Source: an uncultured Clostridia bacterium (lineage in GTDB: Bacteria > Bacillota > Clostridia > TANB77 > CAG-508). Taken from it: 64,000 nucleotides of DNA. Every line of letters begins with the position of its first letter. Positions within the stretch are counted from its first letter, which is position 1. The notes below the pieces were generated by a model. That model saw only the letters and a program-made list of their open reading frames with translations, had not been told where the DNA came from and did no database searches. Where the stretch lies: NCBI GenBank assembly GCA_944393125.1, contig CALXZB010000001.1:64315-128314 (forward strand), read 5' to 3'. The translations under genes were made by a program, and so were the position numbers. Of this stretch, positions 44,149-53,774 are shown piece by piece.

Positions 44149-45690
44149 TTATTTAGCATAATCTACAACTCTTGTTTCTCTAATAATATTAACTTTAATT
44201 TGTCCTGGATAATCCATTTCATCTTCAATTCTCTTAGAAACATCTCTAGCAAGTAGTGTCATCTTGTCATCTGTAATCTTATCTGGTTTTACAAGAATTC
44301 TAACTTCACGACCTGCTTGTATAGCAAATGATTTTTCAACACCTTCAAATGAATCTGCTATAGATTCTAAGTTTTCTAGTCTTTTTATGTATGCTTCTAA
44401 AGTTTCTCTTCTTGCTCCTGGTCTAGATGCTGATATTGCATCAGCTGCTTGTACTAATACAGCTTCTAATGTTTGTGGTTCAACATCTCCATGGTGTGCT
44501 TCTACTGCATTTATTACAAGTGGATTTTCTTTGAATTTTTTCAATATATCTACACCTATTTCAACATGTGTTCCTTCCATATCATGGTCAAGTGCTTTTC
44601 CAATATCATGTAATAATCCAGCTCTACGTGCTAACTTTGGATCTAGTCCTAATTCTTCTGCCATTATTCTTGCTAAGTTTGAAACTTCAATAGAATGATT
44701 TAATACATTTTGACCATAACTTGTTCTATATTTTAATTTTCCAATTAATTTTATAAGTTCTGGATTTAAACCTATTACTCCTGTTTCTAAGGCAGCTCTT
44801 TCACCTTCTGATTTAATAGTTTCAAGCAATTCTTCTTTTGCTTTTTCTACCATTTCTTCTATCTTAGCAGGATGAATTCTTCCATCATCAATTAATTTTT
44901 CAAGAGCTATTCTTGCAACTTCTCTTCTTAATGGATCAAAACCTGATAAAATGACTGCTTCAGGTGTATCATCTATTATTAAGTCTATTCCTGTTAATGT
45001 TTCAAGTGCTTTAATATTTCTACCTTCTCTACCAATTATTCTTCCTTTAATATCATCTGATGGAAGTGGTACTATTGAAACTGTAGTTTCTGCAGAATGG
45101 TCAGCTGCGCATTTTTGTATTGCATAACTTATTGTTTCTCTTGCATTTTTTGTTGCTTCTTCTTTGGCCTTTTGTTCTAGTTCTCTAATCAAAGTTGCTT
45201 TTTCAGTTGTTATTTCTTGCTCAACTTTTTGTAATAGTTGCACTTTTGCTTCTTCTTTGCTTAGATTTGCTGTTTTTTGAAGAACTTCTAATTGTTTGTT
45301 TTTTATTTCTTCAATTTCATTTTCTTTTTCTTTTAGACTTTGTTCTTCATATTCTAGTTGTTTTTCCTTTTTCTCAAAATTATCTGCTCTTTTTTCTAAA
45401 TTTTCTTCTTTTTGGATAATTCTGCTTTCTTGTTTTTGAATTTCGCCTCTTCTTTCTTTAATCTCTTGATCTAATTCATTTCTAGCATTCATTATTTCTT
45501 CTTTAGCTTTAAAAATTTCTTCTTTTTTCAAATTTTCTGCATCTATTTTTGCTAGTTCTACTAATCTTTTTGCTTCTTTTTCTGCCCCTTCGATTTTAGA
45601 TTCAGCAATTTTCTTTCTTATTACCATACCAAGTATGATTCCTATTGCTAATGAGATTAAGATAGTGGCGATTGTGATTATTGTTTCCAT
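44149..45690 (-). CDS. rny: ribonuclease Y
   Basis: N-terminal TM helix, coiled coil, KH domain ([11 protein letters not shown]) and HD domain (LLHDIGKA). The start is at the second ATG, 7 nt after GAGGTG. Confidence 0.93.
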   Translation of the reverse strand: METIITIATILISLAIGIILGMVIRKKIAESKIEGAEKEAKRLVELAKIDAENLKKEEIFKAKEEIMNARNELDQEIKERRGEIQKQESRIIQKEENLEKRADNFEKKEKQLEYEEQSLKEKENEIEEIKNKQLEVLQKTANLSKEEAKVQLLQKVEQEITTEKATLIRELEQKAKEEATKNARETISYAIQKCAADHSAETTVSIVPLPSDDIKGRIIGREGRNIKALETLTGIDLIIDDTPEAVILSGFDPLRREVARIALEKLIDDGRIHPAKIEEMVEKAKEELLETIKSEGERAALETGVIGLNPELIKLIGKLKYRTSYGQNVLNHSIEVSNLARIMAEELGLDPKLARRAGLLHDIGKALDHDMEGTHVEIGVDILKKFKENPLVINAVEAHHGDVEPQTLEAVLVQAADAISASRPGARRETLEAYIKRLENLESIADSFEGVEKSFAIQAGREVRILVKPDKITDDKMTLLARDVSKRIEDEMDYPGQIKVNIIRETRVVDYAK

Positions 45691-45783
45691 AATCATACAC
45701 CTCTTTCTTATTTAATTTTCAATGTTCGAATAAATATATTATATTTTGTTCTTATTTTTATATATATTTTTTCAACCTATTAT

Positions 45784-45812
45784 ATTGTATAATTATTATT
45801 GTAAACTGTCAA
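45784..45812 (-). promoter_or_regulatory. rny promoter TTGACA-N17-TACAAT
   Basis: Read directly. Confidence 0.55.
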
Positions 45813-45856
45813 GTGCTTTATTAATTTTTTTTAAGAGGTGCATTGGATTACAATTT

Positions 45857-46747
45857 TTAATTCTTGTCTTTTATCTTAAAAACATTATTTTCATTTATTT
45901 CTTTTTGCAAATTTTCTAATTCCTTTATCCCTTTATTATTTTCTAAAACTTTCATTTGTCTTCTTGCTGATTCATTTAATTTTATTAATCTTTCACTTTG
46001 TGATATTCCTGTATTTATTAATTCTGCATTTATATTCTCTAAATTACTTAAAATAACCAAATGCAGTAAATCAGTATAGTCTCTTATATTACCTTTTTCA
46101 GCTAAATTAGGATTTTGTGTTCTCCATTGTTTAGCAGTCATTCCAAATAATGCAACATTTAATACATCTGCTTCTTCTGAATAAATGTATCTCTTTTGTT
46201 CTTCTGTCAAAACTGGAACTATATTCGTTTTTATAGCATCTGTATGTACTAAATAATTCACCTTTGATAGTATCCTATTCGCGTTCCATTCAATTTTATA
46301 TTGATATGCTTCATTTTTCTTTAATCTTTCAAATTCTTGAATTAAATACAATTTAAATTCTGGGGATAACCAACTCGCAAATTCAAATGCTATATCACTA
46401 TGTGCAAAAGTCCCTCCTTTATTTCCAGATTTTGATATAATACCAATAGCATTTGTTTCTTTTATCCATTTTTGTGGTGACATATAAAAACTATTCTTCC
46501 CAGCTTCATTTTCAAAGGTCTCGAATTTGTGACCTTTAAAATTTTCATTATTAAGTTTTTCCCACAACCCTAAATATGCAATTACATCTTTATTTCTCAT
46601 CCATGCTTGCACTGGTATTTTAGGTTCATCCGGATTAGCATATCTTGCCAAATCAGTTAATGAAATGTATTCATTGTTATTTGTTCTAATTACACTAACT
46701 TTATTTTTTTCGACATATATTTCTGTGTTTATAATATTATTTTCCAT
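45857..46747 (-). CDS. KilA-N domain-containing protein
   Basis: 296 aa. The N-terminal region (VIRTNNNEYISLTDLARYAN...GGTFAHSDIAFEFASWLSPEFKLYLI) matches the KilA-N/APSES-type DNA-binding pattern. Confidence 0.7.
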   Translation of the reverse strand: MENNIINTEIYVEKNKVSVIRTNNNEYISLTDLARYANPDEPKIPVQAWMRNKDVIAYLGLWEKLNNENFKGHKFETFENEAGKNSFYMSPQKWIKETNAIGIISKSGNKGGTFAHSDIAFEFASWLSPEFKLYLIQEFERLKKNEAYQYKIEWNANRILSKVNYLVHTDAIKTNIVPVLTEEQKRYIYSEEADVLNVALFGMTAKQWRTQNPNLAEKGNIRDYTDLLHLVILSNLENINAELINTGISQSERLIKLNESARRQMKVLENNKGIKELENLQKEINENNVFKIKDKN

Positions 46748-46767
46748 TTATATTTCCTTTCTTTTTG

Positions 46768-47421
46768 TTATATATTCTTTAGTTTCATCATTTTGTTATC
46801 AAAATTACTTATCATCTTTGCATACGCGATTAATTCATTTGAAGCTTTTTTGCTTATATCATTTTCATTTTTATACTTAACCTTATGTTCAAAATTTGCC
46901 CAAAAGTCCATAGCAAGAGTCCTTATTTGTATTTCACATTTAACATATACTACTTTTTGTGATAATTTAACTGGAACTTCAACTACTAAATGATAGCTTG
47001 AATATCCACTTTCTTTAGGGTGTGTTACATAATCCTTTTCTTTAAGTATATGTATGTCTTGCATTTGTTTTATTAAATCTTTTATAAAAAATATATCGTC
47101 TTTTAAAGTACATATAATTCTTATACCTGCAATATCATTTATTTTTTCAATAAGATTTATATATGTTTTTTCATATTTCTTTTTTTCCATCTTTTTTATT
47201 ATGCTTTTAGGCTCTTTTATTCTAGTAACTATATTATCAATCAAATCATAATTATACATTATTTTAAATTCATCTTTTATAATGTTCATTTGTGTTTCTA
47301 ATTGATTTAATGCTGATTTATAAAAAAACATAAGTTTTTCAAAAGGTTCTTCTTTCACATCTAATTTTTGTTCTTTGTTCTCTAAGAAATTTTCTATTAT
47401 AATTAAATCATTTTCTCTCAT
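46768..47421 (-). CDS. small alarmone synthetase (RelQ/RelP-type GTP pyrophosphokinase)
   Basis: 217 aa with TRIKEPKSIIKKM, DIAGIRIIC, SGYSSYHLVV and EIQIRTLAMDFWANFEHKVKYK. The start is at the ATG at 47421 behind GGAAAGGAAA. Confidence 0.85.
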   Translation of the reverse strand: MRENDLIIIENFLENKEQKLDVKEEPFEKLMFFYKSALNQLETQMNIIKDEFKIMYNYDLIDNIVTRIKEPKSIIKKMEKKKYEKTYINLIEKINDIAGIRIICTLKDDIFFIKDLIKQMQDIHILKEKDYVTHPKESGYSSYHLVVEVPVKLSQKVVYVKCEIQIRTLAMDFWANFEHKVKYKNENDISKKASNELIAYAKMISNFDNKMMKLKNI

Positions 47422-47515
47422 ATAAAATTTCCTTTCCAATTTTTCTTTATTTTATATGTCATTTGTTATGAAAATATTCTTTCTGTGTGTTTTTTGTGTG
47501 AATTAAAAAGTTTTG

Positions 47516-47544
47516 TTGAAAATTATAAATATTGTTGATATAAT
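47516..47544 (+). promoter_or_regulatory. deoD promoter TTGAAA-N17-TATAAT
   Basis: Read directly. Confidence 0.55.
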
Positions 47545-47573
47545 GAATTAAAATATTTAAAGGAGGTATTTTT

Positions 47574-48296
47574 ATGTCTACACCACATAATGAAGCTAAA
47601 TTAGGAGAAATTGCAAAAACAGTTATTATGCCAGGAGATCCACTCCGTGCAAAATATATTGCTGAAAATTTTTTAGATAATTATAAATTAGTTAACTCAG
47701 TTAGAGGCATATACACATATACTGGAACTTACAAAGGAAAAGAAGTTACAGTTATGGCATCAGGAATGGGTATGCCTAGTATGGGAATTTATTGTTATGA
47801 ATTATATAAATTTTATGAAGTTGAAAATATTATTCGTATTGGTTCATGTGGTTCATATTCACCTGAATTAAAGTTATTTGATATTATTCTTGCTGAAAAT
47901 GTATTTTCTGAAAGTAATTTTGCATTAACACTAAATAATGAGGATTGTCATATAATTTCAGCTAATAATGAGTTAAATAATATTATTAAAAATACTGCTA
48001 ATGAAAATAATGTTAAAATTCACTTAGGAAATACTGTTTGTACTGATTGTTTTGATGTTTATATGACAGATGTAAATAAGTTTTTAGATAGAGTTCCTAA
48101 AGATTTTAACCCTATTTCCGCTGAAATGGAAGCTTTTGCTTTGTTTTATGTTTCTAAATTATTAAATAAGAAATCATCATGTTTGATGAGTGTTGTAGAT
48201 TCTAAATACATTAAAGATATTGCCACTCCTGAAGAACGTGAAACTGGTTTAAATAATATGATAAAATTGGCTCTTGATAGCAGTTTAAAAATGTAG
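47574..48296 (+). CDS. deoD: purine nucleoside phosphorylase (DeoD type)
   Basis: 240 aa: MSTPHNEAKLGEIAKTVIMPGDPLRAKYIAENFL and SAEMEAFALF. Confidence 0.92.
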   Translation: MSTPHNEAKLGEIAKTVIMPGDPLRAKYIAENFLDNYKLVNSVRGIYTYTGTYKGKEVTVMASGMGMPSMGIYCYELYKFYEVENIIRIGSCGSYSPELKLFDIILAENVFSESNFALTLNNEDCHIISANNELNNIIKNTANENNVKIHLGNTVCTDCFDVYMTDVNKFLDRVPKDFNPISAEMEAFALFYVSKLLNKKSSCLMSVVDSKYIKDIATPEERETGLNNMIKLALDSSLKM

Positions 48297-48301
48297 TTTT
48301 C

Positions 48302-48351
48302 ATAGCAAAAACAGAAATAAGTTTATATATTTTTATTTCTGCTTTTGCTAT
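48302..48351. terminator. bidirectional terminator between deoD and argS
   Basis: 18-bp arms with one mismatch, followed by T7. Confidence 0.65.
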
Positions 48352-48355
48352 TTTT

Positions 48356-50062
48356 TTACATCTTATCTGGCATGTCTATTCCTAGTAATTCTGCTCCTGT
48401 TTTAAGAACTTTACCAACAGCAAAAGTTAAATAAACACGTGCATTTTTTATATCTTCATTTTCTACAATAATTTTGTTTTCATTGTAAAAATTACTATAA
48501 GCTTTTGCAAGATCTATCAAATATCTTGATAAAATAGAAGGTTCATTTTTATCTGTAACTTGAATTAAAGTATCTCTAAAATTGTAAATCAATTTTAAAA
48601 CTTTAGTAGAAGCATCATCTGTTAAATATTCGATTTTTATATTTTGAATATCAGGTGTTCCTCCTGCTTTTTCTAATACACTTTTTGTACGAACATAAGT
48701 ATATTGAATATATGGACCTGTTTCACCTTGAAAATTTAAAATAGCATCCCAATCAAATATTTCATCTTTTATTCGGCTATTAGCTAAATCATTAAATATT
48801 ACTGCTCCAATCCCTACTTTTTTTGCAATTTCTTCTTTATTTTCTATGTCTGGATTCTTTTCTTCAATGATTTTTTGAGCTCTTAATATTGATTCTTTTA
48901 ATAAATCTTCAAGTTTTATCATGTTTCCTTCTCTTGTTGACATTTTTCCTGTTTTTAATAATACCATTCCAAATGATACATGTTCTAATCCTTTTGTATA
49001 TTTTTCATCTAATCCTAGAAGTTTGGCTGTTTCAAAAACTTGTTTAAAATGTAATGTTTGTTCATATGATGTAACATATAATGCTTTATCAAAGTTATAT
49101 GTACGTGCTCTATACATAATAGCAGCTAAATCTCTTGTTGCATATGTAGATGAACCATTTGTTTTTATTATAATACAAGGAGCCATTCCTTTGTCCTCTA
49201 ATTTTACTACTCTTGCTCCTTCTGATTCTTCTAGTTTGCCACTTTTTTCTAATAGTTCTACTATTTCGTTCATTTTATCAGAGTAAAATGATTCACCATT
49301 CCAAGAGTCAAATTTTGTTCCTAACAAATCATATACTTTTTGGAACTCCTTTAAACTTACATCTTTGAATTTGTTCCAAAGTTGTACACAATATTCATCT
49401 CCATCTTCTAATTTTTTAAAATTATTTCTACACTCTTCTAGTATAATTTCATCATCTTTGCAAGCTTGATTTATTCTAATATATATTTTGGTTAATTCAT
49501 CTATAGGGTTTTCTTCTATATTATATTCATTTCCCCATCTTTTATATCCTTCAATTAGTTTTCCAAATTGAGTTCCATAATCTCCCAAATGGTTTATTCC
49601 TGTAACATTGTAGCCCAAATATTTGTATACATTGTATAAAGCTCCTCCTATTACAGTTGAGCGCAAATGTCCAATATGAAATGGCTTTGCTATATTAGGT
49701 GCTGAATAATCTATTACTATGTTTTTGTTATTACCAATATCAGATTTTCCATATAATTTATTATCAGAGAATTCTTGTATTACTTGTAAAGCAAGTGCTT
49801 CTTTTTTTATAAAAAAGTTTAAATATCCTCCAGCTACTTCTACCTTTTCTATTATATCAGTATTGAATTCTATTTTAGATTTAATTTCTTCTGCTATTAC
49901 CATTGGAGATTTTTTTAATATTTTGGCTAGTCTAAAACATGGATATGCATAATCTCCATTATTCTCTCCCCTAGGGTTTTCTATAAAATTTTGTATTTCG
50001 CTTGTTTCTTCATTTAAAACTTTTCCTATTGATTCTGCTATATATTTTTTAAAATCTATCAT
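48356..50062 (-). CDS. argS: arginine--tRNA ligase
   Basis: Class I HIGH-type motif (PFHIGHLRS) and a C-terminal DALR anticodon-binding region. The start is set at MIDFKKYI (M16 of the track ORF). Confidence 0.93.
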   Translation of the reverse strand: MIDFKKYIAESIGKVLNEETSEIQNFIENPRGENNGDYAYPCFRLAKILKKSPMVIAEEIKSKIEFNTDIIEKVEVAGGYLNFFIKKEALALQVIQEFSDNKLYGKSDIGNNKNIVIDYSAPNIAKPFHIGHLRSTVIGGALYNVYKYLGYNVTGINHLGDYGTQFGKLIEGYKRWGNEYNIEENPIDELTKIYIRINQACKDDEIILEECRNNFKKLEDGDEYCVQLWNKFKDVSLKEFQKVYDLLGTKFDSWNGESFYSDKMNEIVELLEKSGKLEESEGARVVKLEDKGMAPCIIIKTNGSSTYATRDLAAIMYRARTYNFDKALYVTSYEQTLHFKQVFETAKLLGLDEKYTKGLEHVSFGMVLLKTGKMSTREGNMIKLEDLLKESILRAQKIIEEKNPDIENKEEIAKKVGIGAVIFNDLANSRIKDEIFDWDAILNFQGETGPYIQYTYVRTKSVLEKAGGTPDIQNIKIEYLTDDASTKVLKLIYNFRDTLIQVTDKNEPSILSRYLIDLAKAYSNFYNENKIIVENEDIKNARVYLTFAVGKVLKTGAELLGIDMPDKM

Positions 50063-50124
50063 ATTCCATCTCTTTCTAAAAATCAATTTAGAGGAGAATT
50101 TTTGCAATTCTCCTTCTATTTTAT

Positions 50125-52779
50125 TTATGTTTGTGGTTTACTTTGTCCTCCACTTGTTTCATTTTTATTTGGTTTTGTTGTTGTGTTACCACCTGTTGTA
50201 TTGTTTCCAGTTGTATTTCCACCTGTTGTATTATTTCCTGTTGTGTTACCGCCTGTTGTATTATTTCCTGTTGTATTTCCTCCTGTAGTATTTCCACCTG
50301 TTGTATTTCCTCCACTTGTATTTTCTTCATCTTTATCATCTGGGTCCTCTGGCTCATCTGGTTCTTCTGGTTCTACTACTTCAACTTTTTTGTGTATTGT
50401 ACAATATTCTGTTGGAGCAGTTGTTAAGGTTGATTTAAGACTTGGTGTATTCCACAGTTCTAATCTTTCTTTTTCCGGCAAATATCCTGTACTCTTAACC
50501 TGTGTTTTTTCTGCAGGACAAAATTCATTTGCTAATTTTCCTGATTCTGTACATATTGTATATTGATTTGTATGTGCATCACAAGTATTTGGTAAGTGAC
50601 CTTTTATGAAAATTTCTGTATAAGTATTTGTACATTTATCTGTTGCAAGTAATCCACTTGTTCTACATACTTTTGCATGTACAATATTTTCTGGTTCTTC
50701 AAATGTTGAGCCTTCCAAATCTTTATGGAATTCTTTCATTATTGTTGCAAATATTAATCCAGATGATCTGCTACTTGAAGTTCTTACTCTTTCTGGTGTG
50801 TCATATCCATACCAAACAGCACATGCATAATAATTTGTAAATCCACATAGCCATCTATCTTTAACTTCATTTGTTGTTCCTGTTTTAGCAGCAACATCCA
50901 TTCCTTTTATAGCACAGTATGATGCTGTTCCGCCTGAATCTTTTACTACTGAAGTTAACAAATCTTTTACAATATATGCTGTTTGAACTGAACAAACTCT
51001 TTCTGTTTTTTGGTTTGGCTCTAATATTACTTTTCCATCAGAGTCTTCTACTTTAGTATAGAAAGTTGGTTCTATATAAACTCCATCATTTGCAATCATT
51101 GCATATGCTGCAGCCATTTCTAAAGGACTTACACCATTATATAATCCTCCAATTGCTAGTGGTAATGTTGAATCTCCTTCATCATCAAGTGTTGAAAATC
51201 CCATCTTTCTTAGATATTCTAAAGATTTTCCAGTTCCTAATTCTGCCATTACTTTAATGAAAGGTATATTCTGTGAAGTTGTTAATGCACTTCTAATTGA
51301 TCTATATGGATTACTTATTGGTGAAAATCTATTATAATTTTGTGGGTCATAATCTCCTCCAAAAATTGTATACATATCTGCATATAGAGTTGCTGGTGTT
51401 ATTATTCCTTCTTCAATTCCTGGTATGACATCTGCTAATGGTTTAAACGCTGAACCTGTTTGTCTTTGAGATAAAGCTCTGTTCAAACCTCTAGATGTTG
51501 TTTTTTCTCCAAGTTGGCCTACACATCCTACAACATATCCTGTTGAAGGTTGTATAACTGCAACACCAGTTTGTGTGGTTTTTGGTGTTCCATCTTCATT
51601 ATAATTTTCTTTTGATTTTTCTATATATTTTTCTTTTTTAACTTCTTCTTCTATTATTGTTTGCATTGATGCTACTTGTGTTGAGTATATTTTTAATCCA
51701 CCACTATATAAATAAGTTGTTGCAGCATCTTTTGATATTTGCTTTTCTTCCATAATTTGGTTTATTAATTGTGTTATTAATGCATCTGTATGTGCTGAAT
51801 ATACATTTCCTTTTGCTCCATTTTCAAATTGAAATCCAGCTTCTACCTCTGCTACTGCTGCATCATATTCTTCTTGATTTATATATCCTTGGTCTTTCAT
51901 TTGATATAATACTGTTTTTGTTCTTTTAGCAATTTTTTCTGTTACATCATTTCCATTATATGGGTTATAGCTATTTGGTGAATGATTTATTCCTGCTAAA
52001 AATGCACATTGTGCTATACTTAAATCTTTTGATGATTTGTTGAAATAATATTCTGCTCCAATTTCTACTCCTCTGTTTTCTTTTCCACCAACAAATATCA
52101 AATTCAAATATAATTCAAGTATTTGGTCTTTAGATAACTCATTTTCTAGTTGGTAAGCCCTATACCATTCTTTTAATTTTCTAGTAATTCCGCCAAGTCC
52201 TGTGCTATCTTTTTCTTGGGTTATGTTTTTTACTACTTGTTGAGTTATTGTACTTCCTCCACCAGCTGTTGATTTTCCACCATTGGTTATAAATGAGAAT
52301 ATTGCTACTGCTGTTCTTTTTAAGTCTACACCATGATGTGTTTGGAATCTTTCATCTTCAATTGCTATATATGCTTTTGGTAGATATGGCGACATTTCTT
52401 CAAGTGTTACTATTTTTCTGTTTTCATCTCCACTTAATTCTGCTAATACATTTCCTTCAGAATCCACTATAATTGAATTTTCATCTAGTACTAATTCACT
52501 TAAGTCTATGTTTATGTCATCACCCCATAATCCAAATATAAGTCCTCCTAATACACCTGCTGCTACTACAAATACTAGTATTAATGTTATTATAATTATT
52601 TTTAGTGCAATTGCTAATTTAGGATGTTTATATTTGAATTTCATTTTAACATCTTTTTTTCTTATTAGAGAATTATTGCTTGTTTTTTGTTCTCCCTTTT
52701 CTTTACTTTTTATTTTTATTTTTGCTTTATTGTTTACTTTATTAGTTGTCTTACTTGTACTATTTTTTTTCTTTTTCAT
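50125..52779 (-). CDS. class A penicillin-binding protein (transglycosylase/transpeptidase) with a repetitive C-terminal tail
   Basis: 884 aa. GT51 motifs (AIEDERFQTHHGVD, GGSTITQQ) and transpeptidase motifs (TGSAFKP, SQN, KTGTTNE). Confidence 0.92.
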   Translation of the reverse strand: MKKKKNSTSKTTNKVNNKAKIKIKSKEKGEQKTSNNSLIRKKDVKMKFKYKHPKLAIALKIIIITLILVFVVAAGVLGGLIFGLWGDDINIDLSELVLDENSIIVDSEGNVLAELSGDENRKIVTLEEMSPYLPKAYIAIEDERFQTHHGVDLKRTAVAIFSFITNGGKSTAGGGSTITQQVVKNITQEKDSTGLGGITRKLKEWYRAYQLENELSKDQILELYLNLIFVGGKENRGVEIGAEYYFNKSSKDLSIAQCAFLAGINHSPNSYNPYNGNDVTEKIAKRTKTVLYQMKDQGYINQEEYDAAVAEVEAGFQFENGAKGNVYSAHTDALITQLINQIMEEKQISKDAATTYLYSGGLKIYSTQVASMQTIIEEEVKKEKYIEKSKENYNEDGTPKTTQTGVAVIQPSTGYVVGCVGQLGEKTTSRGLNRALSQRQTGSAFKPLADVIPGIEEGIITPATLYADMYTIFGGDYDPQNYNRFSPISNPYRSIRSALTTSQNIPFIKVMAELGTGKSLEYLRKMGFSTLDDEGDSTLPLAIGGLYNGVSPLEMAAAYAMIANDGVYIEPTFYTKVEDSDGKVILEPNQKTERVCSVQTAYIVKDLLTSVVKDSGGTASYCAIKGMDVAAKTGTTNEVKDRWLCGFTNYYACAVWYGYDTPERVRTSSSRSSGLIFATIMKEFHKDLEGSTFEEPENIVHAKVCRTSGLLATDKCTNTYTEIFIKGHLPNTCDAHTNQYTICTESGKLANEFCPAEKTQVKSTGYLPEKERLELWNTPSLKSTLTTAPTEYCTIHKKVEVVEPEEPDEPEDPDDKDEENTSGGNTTGGNTTGGNTTGNNTTGGNTTGNNTTGGNTTGNNTTGGNTTTKPNKNETSGGQSKPQT
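50178..50320. repeat. about nine tandem 15-nt units encoding G(G/N)NTT pentapeptides
   Basis: Protein tail GGNTTGGNTTGGNTTGNNTTGGNTTGNNTTGGNTTGNNTTGGNTT. The DNA shows a 15/30-nt periodicity. Confidence 0.9.
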
Positions 52780-52851
52780 TTTTTACCCCCTATTTGTTAT
52801 GGATAATATCAACTAATATTATAATACATTTACCTAAAAAAGGAAAGCTTT

Positions 52852-53688
52852 TTAAGAAAATCTTTCGATTTTTCCATTTATACCATAAAGTTCTTTTATT
52901 AATACTTTATTTTTCCTTATTTTATTACAAATACTTTCAAAGTTTTCTTTTGAATATATAGAAGCTTCAAACAAATCTTTGACTCTAAAATTTTGTATAT
53001 TTTCTCTCCAAATGTTTTCTTCTCTACCAACATTAATTTCGTAATCATTAACATTTATTCCATTAAATCTTTTTGATTCTATTTTAATATTTCCTTCTAA
53101 GTTAACTATAACTGCATTTTCATTTATTCTATATTTATTGATTAGTTCTTTGTTAAAATCAATATTTAGTATAAGCTGTGGCTTTAATAGACTTTTCTTT
53201 TTATTATTTGAAATTGTAATCAATATTCCATATTCTTCATAAATATTTTTTTCAATATTTTGTAATTTTTCTATATGATTTGTAACTACTGTTATTCTTT
53301 TATATTGTTGAGCAAGAATTTTAATTATTGCTATATTCAAATCTGTTATTTGATTTACAGTTATAGCTATTTCTGTTTCTTCTTTTTTTATACCTTTTTG
53401 TATTACTATATAGTCTAAAATACTTATTGCTAAATATTTTTCTAACCACCTACCATCAAATATTTTTATATCATTCGAATTTAAAGCATTTATTAGTTCT
53501 ATGTTTTCAAATAATTCTCTACTTAATATTACATTTGATACTTCATATTTTTGTAATTTTTTTATAATCTTTGTAATTTCTTTTGTTTTTTTCCTGTCTA
53601 AATATATTTTGCAATTTTCTTGTTCTATTTTTATTTTGGGCATAAACCAAATAGGCTTATCCATTTTTTCAATAAATAAAGTTTTCAT
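52852..53688 (-). CDS. hypothetical protein
   Basis: 278 aa from the ATG at 53688, 6 nt after GAGGTG. I recognise no motif. Confidence 0.5.
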   Translation of the reverse strand: MKTLFIEKMDKPIWFMPKIKIEQENCKIYLDRKKTKEITKIIKKLQKYEVSNVILSRELFENIELINALNSNDIKIFDGRWLEKYLAISILDYIVIQKGIKKEETEIAITVNQITDLNIAIIKILAQQYKRITVVTNHIEKLQNIEKNIYEEYGILITISNNKKKSLLKPQLILNIDFNKELINKYRINENAVIVNLEGNIKIESKRFNGINVNDYEINVGREENIWRENIQNFRVKDLFEASIYSKENFESICNKIRKNKVLIKELYGINGKIERFS

Positions 53689-53774
53689 TTTTAACACCTC
53701 AATGGATTTTATGCTACTTTATTTTTTTTATTCCAAAATAAAACTAGGCCTTATATAAAGGTCTAGTTTTGTTC

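Noticed and set aside
46768-47421. The small alarmone synthetase as a toxSAS toxin of a toxin-antitoxin or defence system.
   Set aside because: Its size, motif set (DIAGIRII, SGYSSYHLVV, EIQIRTLAMDFWA) and lack of a small adjacent antitoxin-like ORF fit housekeeping RelQ/RelP. Only the operon link to KilA-N is kept as a finding.
50063-50124. Expected T-box leader upstream of argS, and L-box/lysine riboswitch upstream of aspartokinase (21586-21677).
   Set aside because: The intergenic spaces are only about 60-90 nt and contain no specifier-loop/T-box or L-box-like conserved segments. There is only a simple hairpin upstream of the aspartokinase gene.
50178-50320. Possible CRISPR-like or other non-coding array because of the regular 15/30-nt periodicity.
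   Set aside because: The units are contiguous with no spacers, they are in frame within the PBP gene, and no cas genes are present. No CRISPR array exists anywhere in the window.
50102-50566. 154-aa and 98-aa plus-strand ORFs and a 78-aa minus-strand ORF (50121..50357) with striking repeats (VVLFPVVFPP...), which at first glance looked like a repeat protein or array.
   Set aside because: They are alternative-frame or mirror readings of the 15-nt tandem repeat that encodes the PBP1A GGNTT tail. The PBP frame is continuous with conserved domains.
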